Positions 37,859 to 51,078 of a DNA stretch of 64,000 nucleotides are shown in pieces. The translations under genes and the position numbers were made by a program. Position 1 is the stretch's first letter; each line of letters starts with the position of its first letter. This DNA comes from Auanema rhodensis (lineage: Eukaryota; Animalia; Nematoda): positions 15,128,001-15,192,000 of the forward strand of contig OZ059895.1 in the NCBI GenBank assembly GCA_964057225.1, written 5' to 3'. The notes beneath the pieces are model-generated. The model was not told the origin of the DNA. It ran no database searches and worked only from the letters and a program-made list of their open reading frames with translations.

Positions 37859-40800
37859 ATGACTACTGTCACTCAAGATAAATCATCAGCCATTCCTCTT
37901 GATATCAACAATCAACTCGATCAGGATGAGGATGATATCGAATTTGGAGCTAGTACGGAAGATGCCATTAAAGGTATTTCCAGTTTATTAGTGAACTAAG
38001 TTTTTCGTCCGTATTAGATATGTGTCGAACTGAATTTTGTCGGCCTGATCAGGAATTAACTGCTCAAATTAATGAATTATTTCCTACTGAGCAGTCATTA
38101 ACACAGTTAGATAGCATTATTGCTCAAATTGAAACTGAAATATTAGAGCTGGATACGGAACTAGTTAGTTTTAAAATTCTTCTTTCCAAATATTATAATC
38201 AATTTGGAGGCTGGTCTAGTTGAATCACAAGGCTCTATTGGAGCTCAGGGTGAAAGGGCTTTACAGGAGGTTTTTTCAATATTGTTGTACTTGTTGTTAC
38301 TCGAAGTATTAAGGCTCACCAAGCTATGGAACAGTTAGAAACTCGAATCGACAATATTCGTGACAAGACTAAATCTTCAGATGATGTTTGTAATCTTCAA
38401 ATATGTTGTTACATTCGTTACCATTTAGATTGTTCGAGAAATGACTCGCGACATCAAGCAACTGGACGTAGCAAAGAGAAATTTGACATCTTCAATTACT
38501 ACCCTTCACCATTTACACATTTTATTAACAGGAGTGGAATCATTAAGTTTTATTAATAATTTATATGTTACTTTATTTTTCAAAATTCAGCTATTTGGGT
38601 AGAAAAAAGAGATTATGCTTCAATTGCTAGACAATTACCAGCAATACTGAATGTTTTACAATTATTCGATGGATTTAAAGATGCTGAACAAATTACTCAA
38701 ATCACTCGACGTTTGGATAAGCTGAAACAATCATTAACAGGGCAACTTGTGGTAGATCTCAAGGCAGCTTTTCAAGTAAAAAATTGTATGCTTTTTTTGC
38801 ACATTTCGTTTGTTTAGTCTGGCCAACTCAACGAAAGAGTAACAGATATGTGCCGAGTTGCTGCAGCTCTGGAAGGTGGTGTACAAGAAAACTTGTGTAA
38901 ATGGTTTATTGATCAACAACTTTCTGAGTACTCAGTATTATACGCTGAAAATGAAGAAGGGGCTTGGTTAGACAAGATAGATGACAGGTTTATTTTTTTA
39001 AATGATTCAATAATAACTATTTCTTTCAAGATACAAATGGTATGTACGAAAATTAACAGATTTTGAACGGACAGGCTTGGCTAAAGTATTTCCAAATGAT
39101 TGGGAGATGGGCCGTCAGATGACTCAAGAGTTTTGTGTGGTCACGAAGTAAGCTGCCGTTCTTGTTCTCTTTATCTCACATGGTTTCGTTACAGAGATGT
39201 ATTATATCGTATGATGACAAGAAGACGACAAGATTTGGAATGGAGATTGCTGGGACATGCTATTCAACACACGAAAATGCTAGAAGCTCTACTTGTTAAA
39301 CGATTTCCTGCTAAAGGGAGCTGTAGTTTTGACAAGGTATTATTTTTCGTTTTAGACTAATTTCTGATTTAATGATAACAGGCTATATGGAGTGTTTTTG
39401 ATCAATTCTTAGATGTTTTCATTGCTGCTCAGGAAAAAACCTTGAATGAGTTCGTTGAAGGATGTGCCAATAAAATCCGGTCAGTGTTCACGTGTTTCCC
39501 TGTTGTTGTATAGCATTTTTTAATAGATCAGGTGCTGAAAGGCCCTCGAGGGATACAACTACACATGCTGTTCCCTTGCCATCGTCAGCTGATATGTTTT
39601 TGCTCCTGAAACGAGTTATAACAGAATCCAGCAAATTAAGTAGTGAACCTGACGCGTTACTAAAGTGAAGAACTTTTTGAGTATTTATAAGCATATAAGA
39701 CGTTTTCCAGGGATGTTGTGGGTGTTGTAAGAGGTTGTTTAAGAGGTTATGCTCATAGTTGTTTAACTGCTTTCCTACCTACAAGTCTTGGCCAATCCAG
39801 TGGATCTAGTGCCGCCAATCTTTTCAGTCTTATGCGTGAAGAGTCAACTCATATAAGGTATTTTTTCATTGTGTGTTTTTGTACTAGGGTTAGAGATTAT
39901 AGATTAACAGTTGATCAGCAATTCTTGACTTGCTGTATACTTGCAACAGCTGATTGGTGCGCCGAAACTACTCTTCAACTTCAGGAAAAACTTGGACAAC
40001 GATTACCTGTTTGTTTGAAAGCATTTTTCGATATCGATTGTTTTGTTCTAGGGAATAGATTTGAATCAAGAAATTGAAACTTTCTACAGTATAACCAATC
40101 AATCTCTCTCTGTTTTGGTACAAGATGTTGAAAGTGCATGTGATGCTGCTTTGCAAGCTATTGCCAAAGTCAAGTGAGTTGTGGCTCGTTATAATCAAAA
40201 ATATCTTTCGATTATTTAGTTGGGCAGCAGTTGACGGAGTTGGTGATGAATCTCCGTTCATAGGATCAATTAGGAACCATATAAGACAAGCAGTCCCTGT
40301 ACTTCGCGATTTCTTGTCCGATAGACGAAAATATTTCGCTCACTTGTGCTTGAAATTAGCGACTCAATTATCTCATAAGTTTGTGGGAGCCCTCTTTCGT
40401 TGTAAGCCTATGAGTCTTCATGGTTTGTTTCTACATGCTAGTAGTATAATACGTTTCTCTGAAACAGGTGCTGAACAGCTTCTCCTGGATACTCACTCTT
40501 TGAAATCTTTTCTACTACAAATGCCCTCAATTGACAGTGCCATAAATGCTAAACCTCCAACAACATATGTAAATGGAGTAACAACTGCATTAACAAAGGC
40601 TGAAATGATTTTGAAGGTTCATAATCATGCATTCAATCTCAACATAATCTGAACTTTAGGTTGTTATGTCTAATTGCGATTCACCCGAAAGCTTTGTTGA
40701 TCATTATGCTACTTTACTTTCTGAGTCTAATCCCACAGAGCTTCAAAAGGTACTTATTTATCAAAGTAGTATTACATATTTCTTATCTCTTTTCTAGGTA

Positions 40801-41056
40801 TTGGAAATGCGAGGCTTAAAACGGACAGAACAAGCCTCTATCATACACATCTATAGGTATCAATTTCGTTTTAGCATCGATCAAAACTGGAATATTTTTT
40901 TTTAGACAAAAATTTGGCGGTTCGGAACCTATTCCCTCTCAGTCACATCTTACAGCTAGTCAAGCCCTGAATGCTGTTGTATCATTAGCTGCCGACGGTC
41001 TGTCAGAGAGCAATAGTATGAAAAGACTAGAAAAGCTGGTCAAACGAAATCTATAA
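37859..41056 (+). CDS. vps-53: GARP/EARP complex subunit VPS53
   Basis: [91 protein letters not shown]. Confidence 0.95.
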
Positions 41057-41298
41057 AAATGTTCTTTTATTTATTATATATTATTGTTATTAAGATCTCT
41101 GGTTATTAACTATTTCGTGTTCATTGTATACATAATATTTCTAGTCTAAATATTACTGTGATAATATGGGATTGTGATCATAATAAATTAATCTTTTTTC
41201 TTTCAATTGATAACAAATTTTCGCTGGTTTCTCAATCTAAGTATATTTTCTGTTATTTCAAAGGATTGTGAATTAAAGAAACGGGGGAAAGAGGCGGA

Positions 41299-41478
41299 GA
41301 CGTGAACAAGCCAGTTTGCACACCGAGGTTGTTGTGTTTCACCAGCTGAGTAGCCCCCTTTGCGTGTCTATTGATTGCGGGTCCGGGGGTCTGTATTCCT
41401 CTTGTGTCCTAGTAGTGGATTTCCTCTAAGGGCTTGTATAGATCTAGTCGGTCAAACGATTAATAGCGTCGATTTTCT
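41299..41478 (+). ncRNA. Candidate structured RNA, family unassigned
   Basis: GC-rich island with nested complementary stems containing G-U pairs on the + strand, followed by TTTT. It could instead be promoter or 5'UTR sequence of the zinc-finger gene. Confidence 0.4.
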
Positions 41479-41977
41479 TACCATGTTCGTCATCATTCTT
41501 CGTATTCTTGGTTCTCTTTTGTTCTCTCGCTATTTTTCGTAAATCTCATTTCATTTCTGACCATTTCTATTTTCGTGACTATTCTCGTCTCTTATTCACG
41601 TTTCAAGTTCCACGATGCTGATTTATAATCAGCAACATTTCTCTTTATCTTTACCTCTTCCACGTGTTTCTCATTTGTTTACTTAATTATTCGTCGTTTC
41701 TTACTTTAAACATACGCAGCTCGACAAATTTCATTTTTCAATTTTAGTTTCCTTTTATCGGCTGGTCCGTTGAAATTATTTTTTGTGGGAAATCAAGTAG
41801 TATAATGCTCTATCTTGGATCTGCCTAATAAGGTTTGTTTTTACAAGCGATGGCGTGGCTGCTATAAACACCGGCATCATTATTATAGGCCACACGAATA
41901 GCGTGCATATTATTGACTTTTTGTTTAGGTGTTCTGCGATAAGAGTTGAAAAAAAAATTGACATTAATGTTGTCATA

Positions 41978-43812
41978 ATGGCTCCTACTACATCAATTTC
42001 TGATTCCGATAGGTTTGTTATCAGAGCTTTTTTTTATATTTCTACTTTTTTAGCCGCGTTTATCACACACGCTTTCGGAAGTGTATTCAAAAAAAATATG
42101 ATGATATTTTCTCATCTGTTGTACAAAAGGCGTTGTCTAAAGACCCGAATCTTATAAATAACAACTTAAGCTGTAGAATAGCTGTAAGTTTTCAATTTTT
42201 ACTTTTTTATTGTAACAGCTGTTTATACTATTATATTTTTTATTTTTATCTTTTTCTTCTTCACGTTCTTTTCTACTTTTTGTTTTGTTCAGGAAGGTCA
42301 TCGGCGTAAAGCCAATAGTATTTCATGTAGTGGAACTCAGAGCTTTGTCTTAAAGCAACGTAGCATATCCGAAAGTGAGCCAAGATCTTGTGAAGTTTCG
42401 TCACTGGGGAGTGAATCATCTCTCGACTCGGACTCTTGCGAAAGTATTTCAGATGTTGCGTCTAATAGCCCTTCTAGAGAAGATGGTAACTCATATTCAA
42501 ATTACATATTTTATCCTCTGGATTATAGAGCTCATGGTAGTAGAGTTTGAGAAGAAGAAAAACACGTTCTTTCCCGTGTTTTGCTGCGACAAGGAATTAT
42601 CCAATCATCAGAACTTACACGAGCACTTAGTTATGCAGGTTCATCATTTACACTTTATTCTTAAAGTTTTGCAATGCTTTTGAATATTTTCCTCATTTTT
42701 TCAATTTACACATTTCAGCATTCTTCAACTCCAATGTTTTCATGTCAGAAATGTGGGGTGAATCTGAAAGCTTTGCGTAATCGGCATTTTTGCAGGTTTC
42801 TATATCTACTTATTTCCATTTTAATGCTAGTCTTATTCAGAATTTGTAATCAATTCGCTTGGAGCTTAGATATTCATTTGAGAAGTCATTATCAAGATCG
42901 TACAGGCTCAGGAGCTTTAATGGAATGCCGTCATTGCTACCGTTCTTTTCCAAGTAAGAGCATGTTTTGTTTTGAAGTGGCAAAATAACAAATGCCGCTT
43001 TTGTTTTCTGATGCCTTCTTCTGTAAAAAAAAAAGTTGTTATTGATTGCTATATGGATTAATAACATGAACAACCGCTTCTGCACCGCTCAAATCAAAAA
43101 GTAAAATCATACGTGTGATATCAATCATGATACTACTACTACGAAAACATTTTAATATCTAAAACAATAAATACCATTTATAGCTATCAAAAACATTTGT
43201 TTCAAATACATCTTTTTCAGCTTTACGTGAAGTACGTGAACATGAAAAGCGTGTACATATACAGCAGAAAGCCAAGACTGTTACTTGGACATGTCAGTAT
43301 TGTAGAATGCAGTTTGAATCTAGACATGTATGTTTTCATCTCTATTCTCCTCTTTCATTCATGCTTATGCAATTCAGATGAGGGATACCCATTTGGTAGG
43401 ACATGTAGATCAAACTGTTGGCGATATATGGGAAAGAGTCGATAAAATGCAGGAAATTATGACAGGTAGGATATCACAAGAGCTATATCAATACTATACC
43501 TTTTTGCATTTTAGATCAAGTTCTTGTTAACCAATGTCCGCTATGTCTTTCGGTAATGGGTAGCAGGAAAAGCTTCCGTCTTCATATAATTCATAAGCAT
43601 TTAGCTCAAGATCCGCATTCTTTCCTTTGTAAGTTTGTTTTCACCATCTCCTTTTTTAAAGTTTAATTGTTACAGCTTTTCTTGGAGTTCCATCTCAAAT
43701 ACTTGCTTCATCTGCATACGGATCTAAATCTGTTAAACAAGAAATAACAGAAGAAGTCGATGTTAAGCCTTATATAGAGAAGGCCCAGGTGAAGTCTGAG
43801 CCAATAGAGTAG
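41978..43812 (+). CDS. C2H2 zinc-finger protein
   Basis: Spliced fingers CRICNQFAWSLDIHLRSH, CRHCYRSFPTLREVREHEKRVH, CQYCRMQFESRHMRDTHLVGH and CPLCLSVMGSRKSFRLHIIHKH; Ser-rich N-terminus; ends VKSEPIE*. Confidence 0.85.
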
Positions 43813-44835
43813 AAGGGTTCCCATTGTATATTAATTTATCTGTAAATGAATTACCCATGTACAAAGTAATTTATTTTATTTTTTAATTATCATTAAGCTA
43901 ATTTTTTTTTTCGTTCTGCAGTGCAGATTATTAACGTGTTATAACCGAATGGGTTTCAATATTTGGGGTTTTAATTCTTGATTCATGTAGCATATTCTAA
44001 AAAATATTTCTTTCACTTTAAATTGTGATAGTTCATGAGTTTTAGCTTTCATATTCAATTCTGTGTTCCAATCTTATGATTACTTCATAGTATTTCAAAA
44101 ATCACTATTACTGATCTAGCAATTGATGAATTTTCATTTAGATCTATGCCATTCTTAACACTTTATCCCATGTTTCTCTCTCTTTCTCTCTTTCTCTCTC
44201 TCTTTAAATGATATCCAACGTATTAAAATTCAATTGTATTCATTTTTTAAACTTTTTGTAATTAATAATTAATTAAAATTAACTTCATGTTCATGTTCAT
44301 GTTGTAAAATATTGTAATAATAATTTTTTCCTTATTTTGAATGTTTAATTAATATATTTGTGGGCTATATAGCTGGAGTAATTCATCATCATTCTCCATA
44401 TAATTTTATCTTGATTCATCTAGAGTTTCCTAGGCTTTATCACTTGGCTGGTTATGTCAGGAAGCGACATAGAACGATCAAAGAAATGAGAGAGAAGGAA
44501 AAGGAGAAATACAAAGTACTATATGATGATAGAAAGAAGGAAAACAACCGATAGAGACACAAACCAAATAAAGGAACATTAGGGTCTTGCCTGACTGTTT
44601 TGTTCTGTCTCTTATCAGATGACCAAGGTATAGAGCGACGACGTCCACCATACCCGCATATACGCAGTACAGGCTGTTTTAACAACTCAATTGTCTTCCT
44701 TTGATTTTAGGTTTTTCTCGTTTTTCAGCTAATTTTTAACCAAAAATAAAAGAAGTTATTCGAGATTAAAGTTCTGACTTTCAGTCTATTGTCTCTCACT
44801 CTTCTCTTCTCTTCTAACTATCACAAGATATCATT

Positions 44836-47800
44836 ATGGAATTGCCAGTATTGGTCATTACGAATGGCGTCTTATTGCCAGGAGGACGATTAAAAGTTCC
44901 TATTAGAAGTAAAACGAAGTTAGTAAATTATAATTTAAGATGAGAATGGATTCATATTATTAAAACTTATTATAGTTTGGCTATGCTTGACAGATTTATA
45001 GTAAATAGGTCGGGGTCTGGAAAATCTTTAGTACTCATTGCGTATCGTTTAGAAAAAGAAAAGGTACTTTACCAACCAAGAAGTTTATTATGAAATTTTG
45101 AATATTTTACAGAAAATATTTGAAACTGGAACAATTGCTTTGGTTGAACAAGTTGTTTGTTGGAAATATGCCAGCTATACACAGTATACTATTCATTTAC
45201 TTGGAGTATCTAGAGCAAAAATTGAACAATTTGCTCTACCAATTTGTAAAATAAGTCAACTTTATACGATTCAAAGTAAGTTGGCTGTTAAGTTGTCAAG
45301 CTCATACATTTCGATTTGAAGCTTCTGTATTGGAAGAAGATAGAAAAGAACTGTTAAAACTCTCAGAAGTGCATTACAATGCACTTGAACTAGACGATGT
45401 AGAAGCTGCTTATGCCCTTCGAAAACTTATTGATGAAGAACGATTAGATACATTAGCTGATTATTGGTACATCCTCAGCTAGAGATTTCTCATGAAAACT
45501 TATGTAAAAATGATAAAATTCCAGTGTTTCAACACTGCAGGACATCTCATATGCATCTCTTCTCGATTATCTGTCCACATTAGATGTTGCCAAACGTGTA
45601 TCAATGGCAATATCATGGCTGAAGGAACAGAATAAGGTAATTGAATGACTAATTCTATTTCAAAACAACGTTTTTAATGGCGAATGCAATTGATTTCCGT
45701 AAACAAATTGATAAGAAGGTTGTTGGGTTCAAATCAATTTTTAATCAGAAAAAAATATTTTTTTTTTGAATGAAATTGGGAAGAAAATCTTTTTTATTTA
45801 TTTATCATCCTTAACTTAAACTTTTCAACTTGAGCTCTTCATCTTTCAGTTATCTAGTGAAGCTGCTTTTAATCGTGATCGTGTTTCTGTTGATACTCTG
45901 ATGGGTCCAGGTGGAACACGAAAAGTATCATCAAATCCCAAGACGCCTACTGAAAGCCTAGAATATCGGTTGAATAATGCCGGATTGACAGAAAATGTTA
46001 AGGTTCTTCGGTTAAACATCTATGCACATACCAAATTTGATGTTGTTTTCAGGATCGTGTCATGGCCGATTTTGAACGATGGAAAGCAATGTCCACTCAA
46101 TCAACCGAGTATCACGTGCTGCTCTCATATTTAGAACTTGTTGCTCAGTTACCTTGGGATAAAAAGACAAAAGATTCTGGAGATATACAGATGGTTCCTC
46201 ACTTTATAATATGAATTTCTTATCTCGGGTGGTTATAGGCTCGGCAACTACTGGATGCTTCTCATGATGGAATGAAACAAGTAAAAGAGAGAGTAATGGA
46301 ATATTTAGCTGTTCGAAAGATCAATGAAAACGTAATTTTAAAGGTTTTTGTATATATTTTGCAATTATCGGCTTTGTATAGATGGCTGGTCCAATACTTT
46401 GCTTCTCTGGACCACCTGGAATTGGAAAAACGAGTATTGCAAAAGCAATAGCTAAGGCACTAGGTAGAAAGTTTGAACGGTAAGTGGTTATTAAGTTCAA
46501 TTTGTGATTATCTTTGAGATTCCTATTCAGCATATCGCTTGGAGGAATCAGGGATGAAAGTGATATACGTGGACATCGTCGAACTTATGTTGGATCAATG
46601 CCCGGACGAATTATTCAAGCAATGAAGCATGCTGGTACATGTAATCCTGTAATTTTGTTGGATGAAATTGATAAGCTGGTTAGGAACTTTAAGACTTCCG
46701 TATATGCTGTATATGATTTCAGTATGCTGGGTCGCACGGATCGCCTTCAGCAGCTCTTCTAGAAGTACTTGATCCTGAACAAAATTCTGCTTTCAATGAT
46801 CAGTAATAGTTTTGGAAGCTTTTCAGCAAGTATTTCCTCGTCTGTTATAGCTATCTCAATGTGCCATACAACTTATCTGATGTGGTTTTCATTGCTACAG
46901 CCAATGATGAACATAAAATTGAAAGGCCACTCGCAGACAGAATGGAGGTTAATTCATTCATCATAATAATTCCAAAACATCTATGTATAGATCATCGAAA
47001 TGTCTGGTTATTCAACTTCAGAAAAAATGCGAATCGGTGAAAATCACATTGTACCTCGACAAACGTTAGCACATGGCATTTGCCCTGATCACTTGGAGAT
47101 AACTCATGATGCTCTTGTGAAAATTAGTAAATTAACACATTTTTCTATGTGAAATAAGCTTGAATTCCTTTAGTTCAAGACTACACAAGAGAATCAGGAG
47201 TCAGGCAATTAGAGCGCAATGTTGCAGCGTTGTGTCGTCATGCTGCTCTTCTTCTAGCTGAAGCAGTTAATTCAGATGTTAACACCGATAGTTTACCTGA
47301 TTTGCATCTGCCCATAGTGATTGATGTTGAAAAATGTAAAGAAGTATTAGGAGTAAGACAGCTTTTTGTATCTGAAATACAAACTTTACTGTTCTAGAAA
47401 GAGAAATACTCAAAATTGGAGTTTGTGAAACGTGTTAAGAACTCATTTGGATTGGGAACATGCTTTGGCATGGCTTGGACACCCGTCGGCGGAGAAATAC
47501 TTCTTATTGGTTTGATGAATAACAAAGAGTTTCTAATGATGATGATTTCATACAGAAACCAACAAATATACTGGAAAAGGTAAGATTATCATGACTGGAA
47601 AGCTTGGACCTGTAATCAAGGAAAGTGTGAGTGTGGCACGTAGTTGGATTCGAGCTAACGCAGAACAGTATTCTCTTAACATATATACTTACATACATCA
47701 TATTGATTTAGTTATAAAATATCAAATTTATGTGAAGATGATCTTCATATTCATTTTCCTGCGGCTGCTATCAAGAAAGTGAGTTCAATAGTTGAGATGT

Positions 47801-48242
47801 CCGCACATATTCTTGTTCAGGACGGTCCTTCCGCCGGAACGGCTATAGTGTCTGCGTTGTTTTCTCTGGCTAGCCGCAGAAGCGTTCGTTCCGATACCTC
47901 AATTACTGGAGAAATCAGTTTAACTGGTCATGTTTTACCGGTAAGTTCAGCTTGATAATCTACTTGATAGCACAGCTGGGTTTCAGGTTGGTGGAATCAA
48001 AGAGAAAATACTTGGTGCACACAGAGTTGGCATTCGAAGAGTTGTTTTACCTGAAGGAAATCGGAAGGATGTCGATGAAATCGATAATGCCACAAGAGTT
48101 TGTGCAGATTTTATACTGAAAATTACGAAAAAAACGTAAATTATAGGAAAGTATGCAGATTTGCTTTGTTTCAACTATCCAGGAAGTTTTAGATCTGATG
48201 ATTGAGAAACGAGAAGAGATTCGAGTTTTATCCAAATTATGA
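44836..48242 (+). CDS. lonp-2: Peroxisomal Lon protease homolog 2
   Basis: Walker [26 protein letters not shown], Walker B ILLDEIDK, catalytic KDGPSAG and PVGGIKEK, and C-terminal PTS1 SKL*. Confidence 0.96.
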
Positions 48243-49732
48243 ATGATTTTGGGAAATAATTCTATATCTAAGGTTCTAGTATGACATAAATACCCATATG
48301 AACCATGTACAAAACCATAATTTCTATAAATATTTAATATTTAACCGCTAAATCCATTGTTAATAGTTAAAATGACATGTAAGTTCGGCCAAAAAGTTTC
48401 ATTTAGTTTTTCAGAAGCAGCTGATTTTTTTGGCAGCTGTTCATCTTTCAAATTTGCATTTTCTGATATTGTTATTATAATTATTTAATTTTAAAAAAAA
48501 AGATTATATGTGAATATTTTTAATATTCATTATTTACGACATGAAGGCTGAAACGTTGTATGCTTCTGGCTTGACGTAACTACGGTTGTTCCTATTGGAA
48601 ATTGAGTAAAGGATCCTGAACTGTATTTGCGACTTTCTGAAGAAACACAACTCGGTTATTCAAATAAAGCTGGAAAAGGTTGGAAAAATATCATAGTTTT
48701 GAAATTAAACCATGAAATTATTAATATGGAACTTCTGGTTATAGGATACACTGTATACAGAAGAATAATATTATAAGGAATTAAGAGATTGTTTGGATAT
48801 TAAGTATGCGAATATTCAAACAGATTGTTTATTTTATTTTTTATTCAACATAAATGTTGAATATAAATAAAATATTTGAAATTATACTGAATTGTTTTAT
48901 TTTTTTTGATTTCGATAGACTTAGAATGGTACCGTAAATTTGAATTACGGTAATAAGCGCGCTCTAATGATAATTTGATTATCACAATTATGATTATAAA
49001 TCGTTTTTTCTTCTGTAAAATGTTAAAAAATTGGTTAAATCCTAGAGCAATCCAGGTTGATTAGTCTATGTGAAGCTTCTATATAAGCTATACAAATCAT
49101 AACGTTAATATCTCTTAAATAAGACGATTGTGAAAACATCTGGAAGCAGAGAAGAAATACGGAGAAGACTGAAGCAAGGAAGTGATACAGGTAAGCTACA
49201 TATGTTTTTTCTTAAATATTATATAATCTGGTAATGTGGAATTAAATACAATTGAATAGATAAAATAAAAAAGTTTTTGTGGATCGTATGTAGATAAATT
49301 AAAATTATTAAACTTGTTTCATGCTTATTATTGAACTAAGAACTGATTTCACATGCTATATGAACATTTTCTCAGATTTTGCCTGAAGCTGTTTTGAATT
49401 TGGTTGTGTCAGAGGAGCTTTTAAGGAGATGCTTCGAAGTACTTTTATTGAGTTTGGAACTTGGAGCATAAGTCGGCGATATTAATATGATTATCTCTTT
49501 TGATTCTTTCCTTTAAAGTCTCAGTAGATAGTAAGAAAAAGTGGAAGAGAAATAGAAGAGAAATGTGAGAGAGTGAGAATAACAGAGAAGGGGGTGGGGG
49601 CAAGAGAGCAAGAGCTAAAAGGGGAGGAGAATAGCTAAATGGGAGAGCAGTGCTAGCAATGTAGTAAGAGAGATAGAGCTGGAAAGAGAGTAAGAATCTA
49701 TTCACCAGATATGTGTGAAAAGATTCTTATAT

Positions 49733-49990
49733 CTAGCATATCCTTTTAAGATATATCATATTCCTTAATTTACTCGTTTTTATGTGAAATGTAGTCGAAT
49801 TATTCATCATTATATGCTTCTTCTTATTATCTTTTAAACTTTCTTCCAGTTCATTCAAAGTACGCAACAACTTTTCAGCATATTCCTCGTGCTTACAGCT
49901 TTCTCTTAACTTCTTTTCAGCCATTTGAATAGTTTCTTTGTACAAACTTCTATGTTTTTTCAAATTTTCATCGAACTTTCTTTCAAAAGC
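49733..49990 (-). CDS. Possible exon of an unknown coiled-coil protein
   Basis: Acceptor followed by FERKFDENLKKHRSLYKETIQMAEKKLRESCKHEEYAEKLLRTLNELEESLK; no complete gene model could be built. Confidence 0.35.
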   Translation of the reverse strand, partial: AFERKFDENLKKHRSLYKETIQMAEKKLRESCKHEEYAEKLLRTLNELEESLKDNKKKHIMMNNSTTFHIKTSKLRNMIYLKRIC

Positions 49991-51029
49991 TATACATTCA
50001 AATCATGAGCAGTATGTGTGCTTCATTGAAAGTTCCTCTTAATTCCCAATTGTAATTTCCATTTTAAAGTATAATATTATACTCTAACTATATGTTATAG
50101 TATAGTATATCTGATTATGAAAGGTGAGACGTGTATTACATCTGTCCATGGCCTGACAGATGGCTCAGCAATGTTTCTTCCTCTTCTTCTTTTGCAACGC
50201 CGACGAGTTTTACCTCATCTACTGACCGTAGCAGCCGTAGCAACGAAACTCATTCATTTTCATATTTTCTATTCTAATCACTAGTTACAAGACACTCTGA
50301 TATGGATAATTTCATAGTTTTGGCCAATTTTCTTAAGGTTGAAGATTAAAAGTGAAGTTTTAGCTTAAAATCAGCTGTTTTATCTCTGAAAACGTGAGTT
50401 GTATGCGGTTAGCTTCTATTCAGTTATCTCTTACATCATAATATAGATGTATTATTCTTTTAATTATATATAATTTTCGTTAATATCATTGAATTTTAAT
50501 TTTTTCGGCTCAGTGATAACGTAAAAGCAGCCGCCGATTACGGATAGGCAGCTAGCGATTGTTGTCGCATCTATCGCCATCCTCATACCTGCAGACTAAG
50601 GCTCAACATCTGCATTTAAGCTGCTCATAAATCTTTCAGCTCAAATTGATTCTTTGAGATTTCAATCTGTTGAAGATTGCCTGAGGCAATTTTTTTGTTG
50701 AGGTGGCTGACTTCTGAGCAGCTAACACATCATGCTCCAAAGTAGTTGTTGGAACATAAGCTAAATCTTTCAATACCCCGCCCATTTTACCCTGAGGTTT
50801 AGGACATATAGACCTTTTTCTCTATCTCTTTCTCTTTCTAGGTTCACAGAACGGGAGAGGTGAGGAAAAGACTTTGAACTGATATAAGGTTAGGTAGAGG
50901 AAGTAGAGAAATACAAGACATTGAGAGATAATTCAGAGATAACGGACGTTATGTCAAATGAAGAGTAGGAGGCGATAAAGAAGAAGAAGAAGAGATTGCC
51001 TAGGAAAACGTGATAGAGAGAAAGAGAGA

Positions 51030-51078
<49 letters not shown>

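Noticed and set aside
41299-41478. RNase P or RNase MRP assignment
   Set aside because: No properly placed CR-I/CR-V pair forming P4; the CCCCC and GGGGG runs pair locally.
41978-43812. HIM-8/ZIM pairing-centre protein identity
   Set aside because: No RFSTP-type motifs and a different finger arrangement.
44452-44685. Small minus-strand ORF divergent from lonp-2
   Set aside because: TTG start, in-frame stops upstream, and a hydrophobic tail that is just low-complexity sequence.
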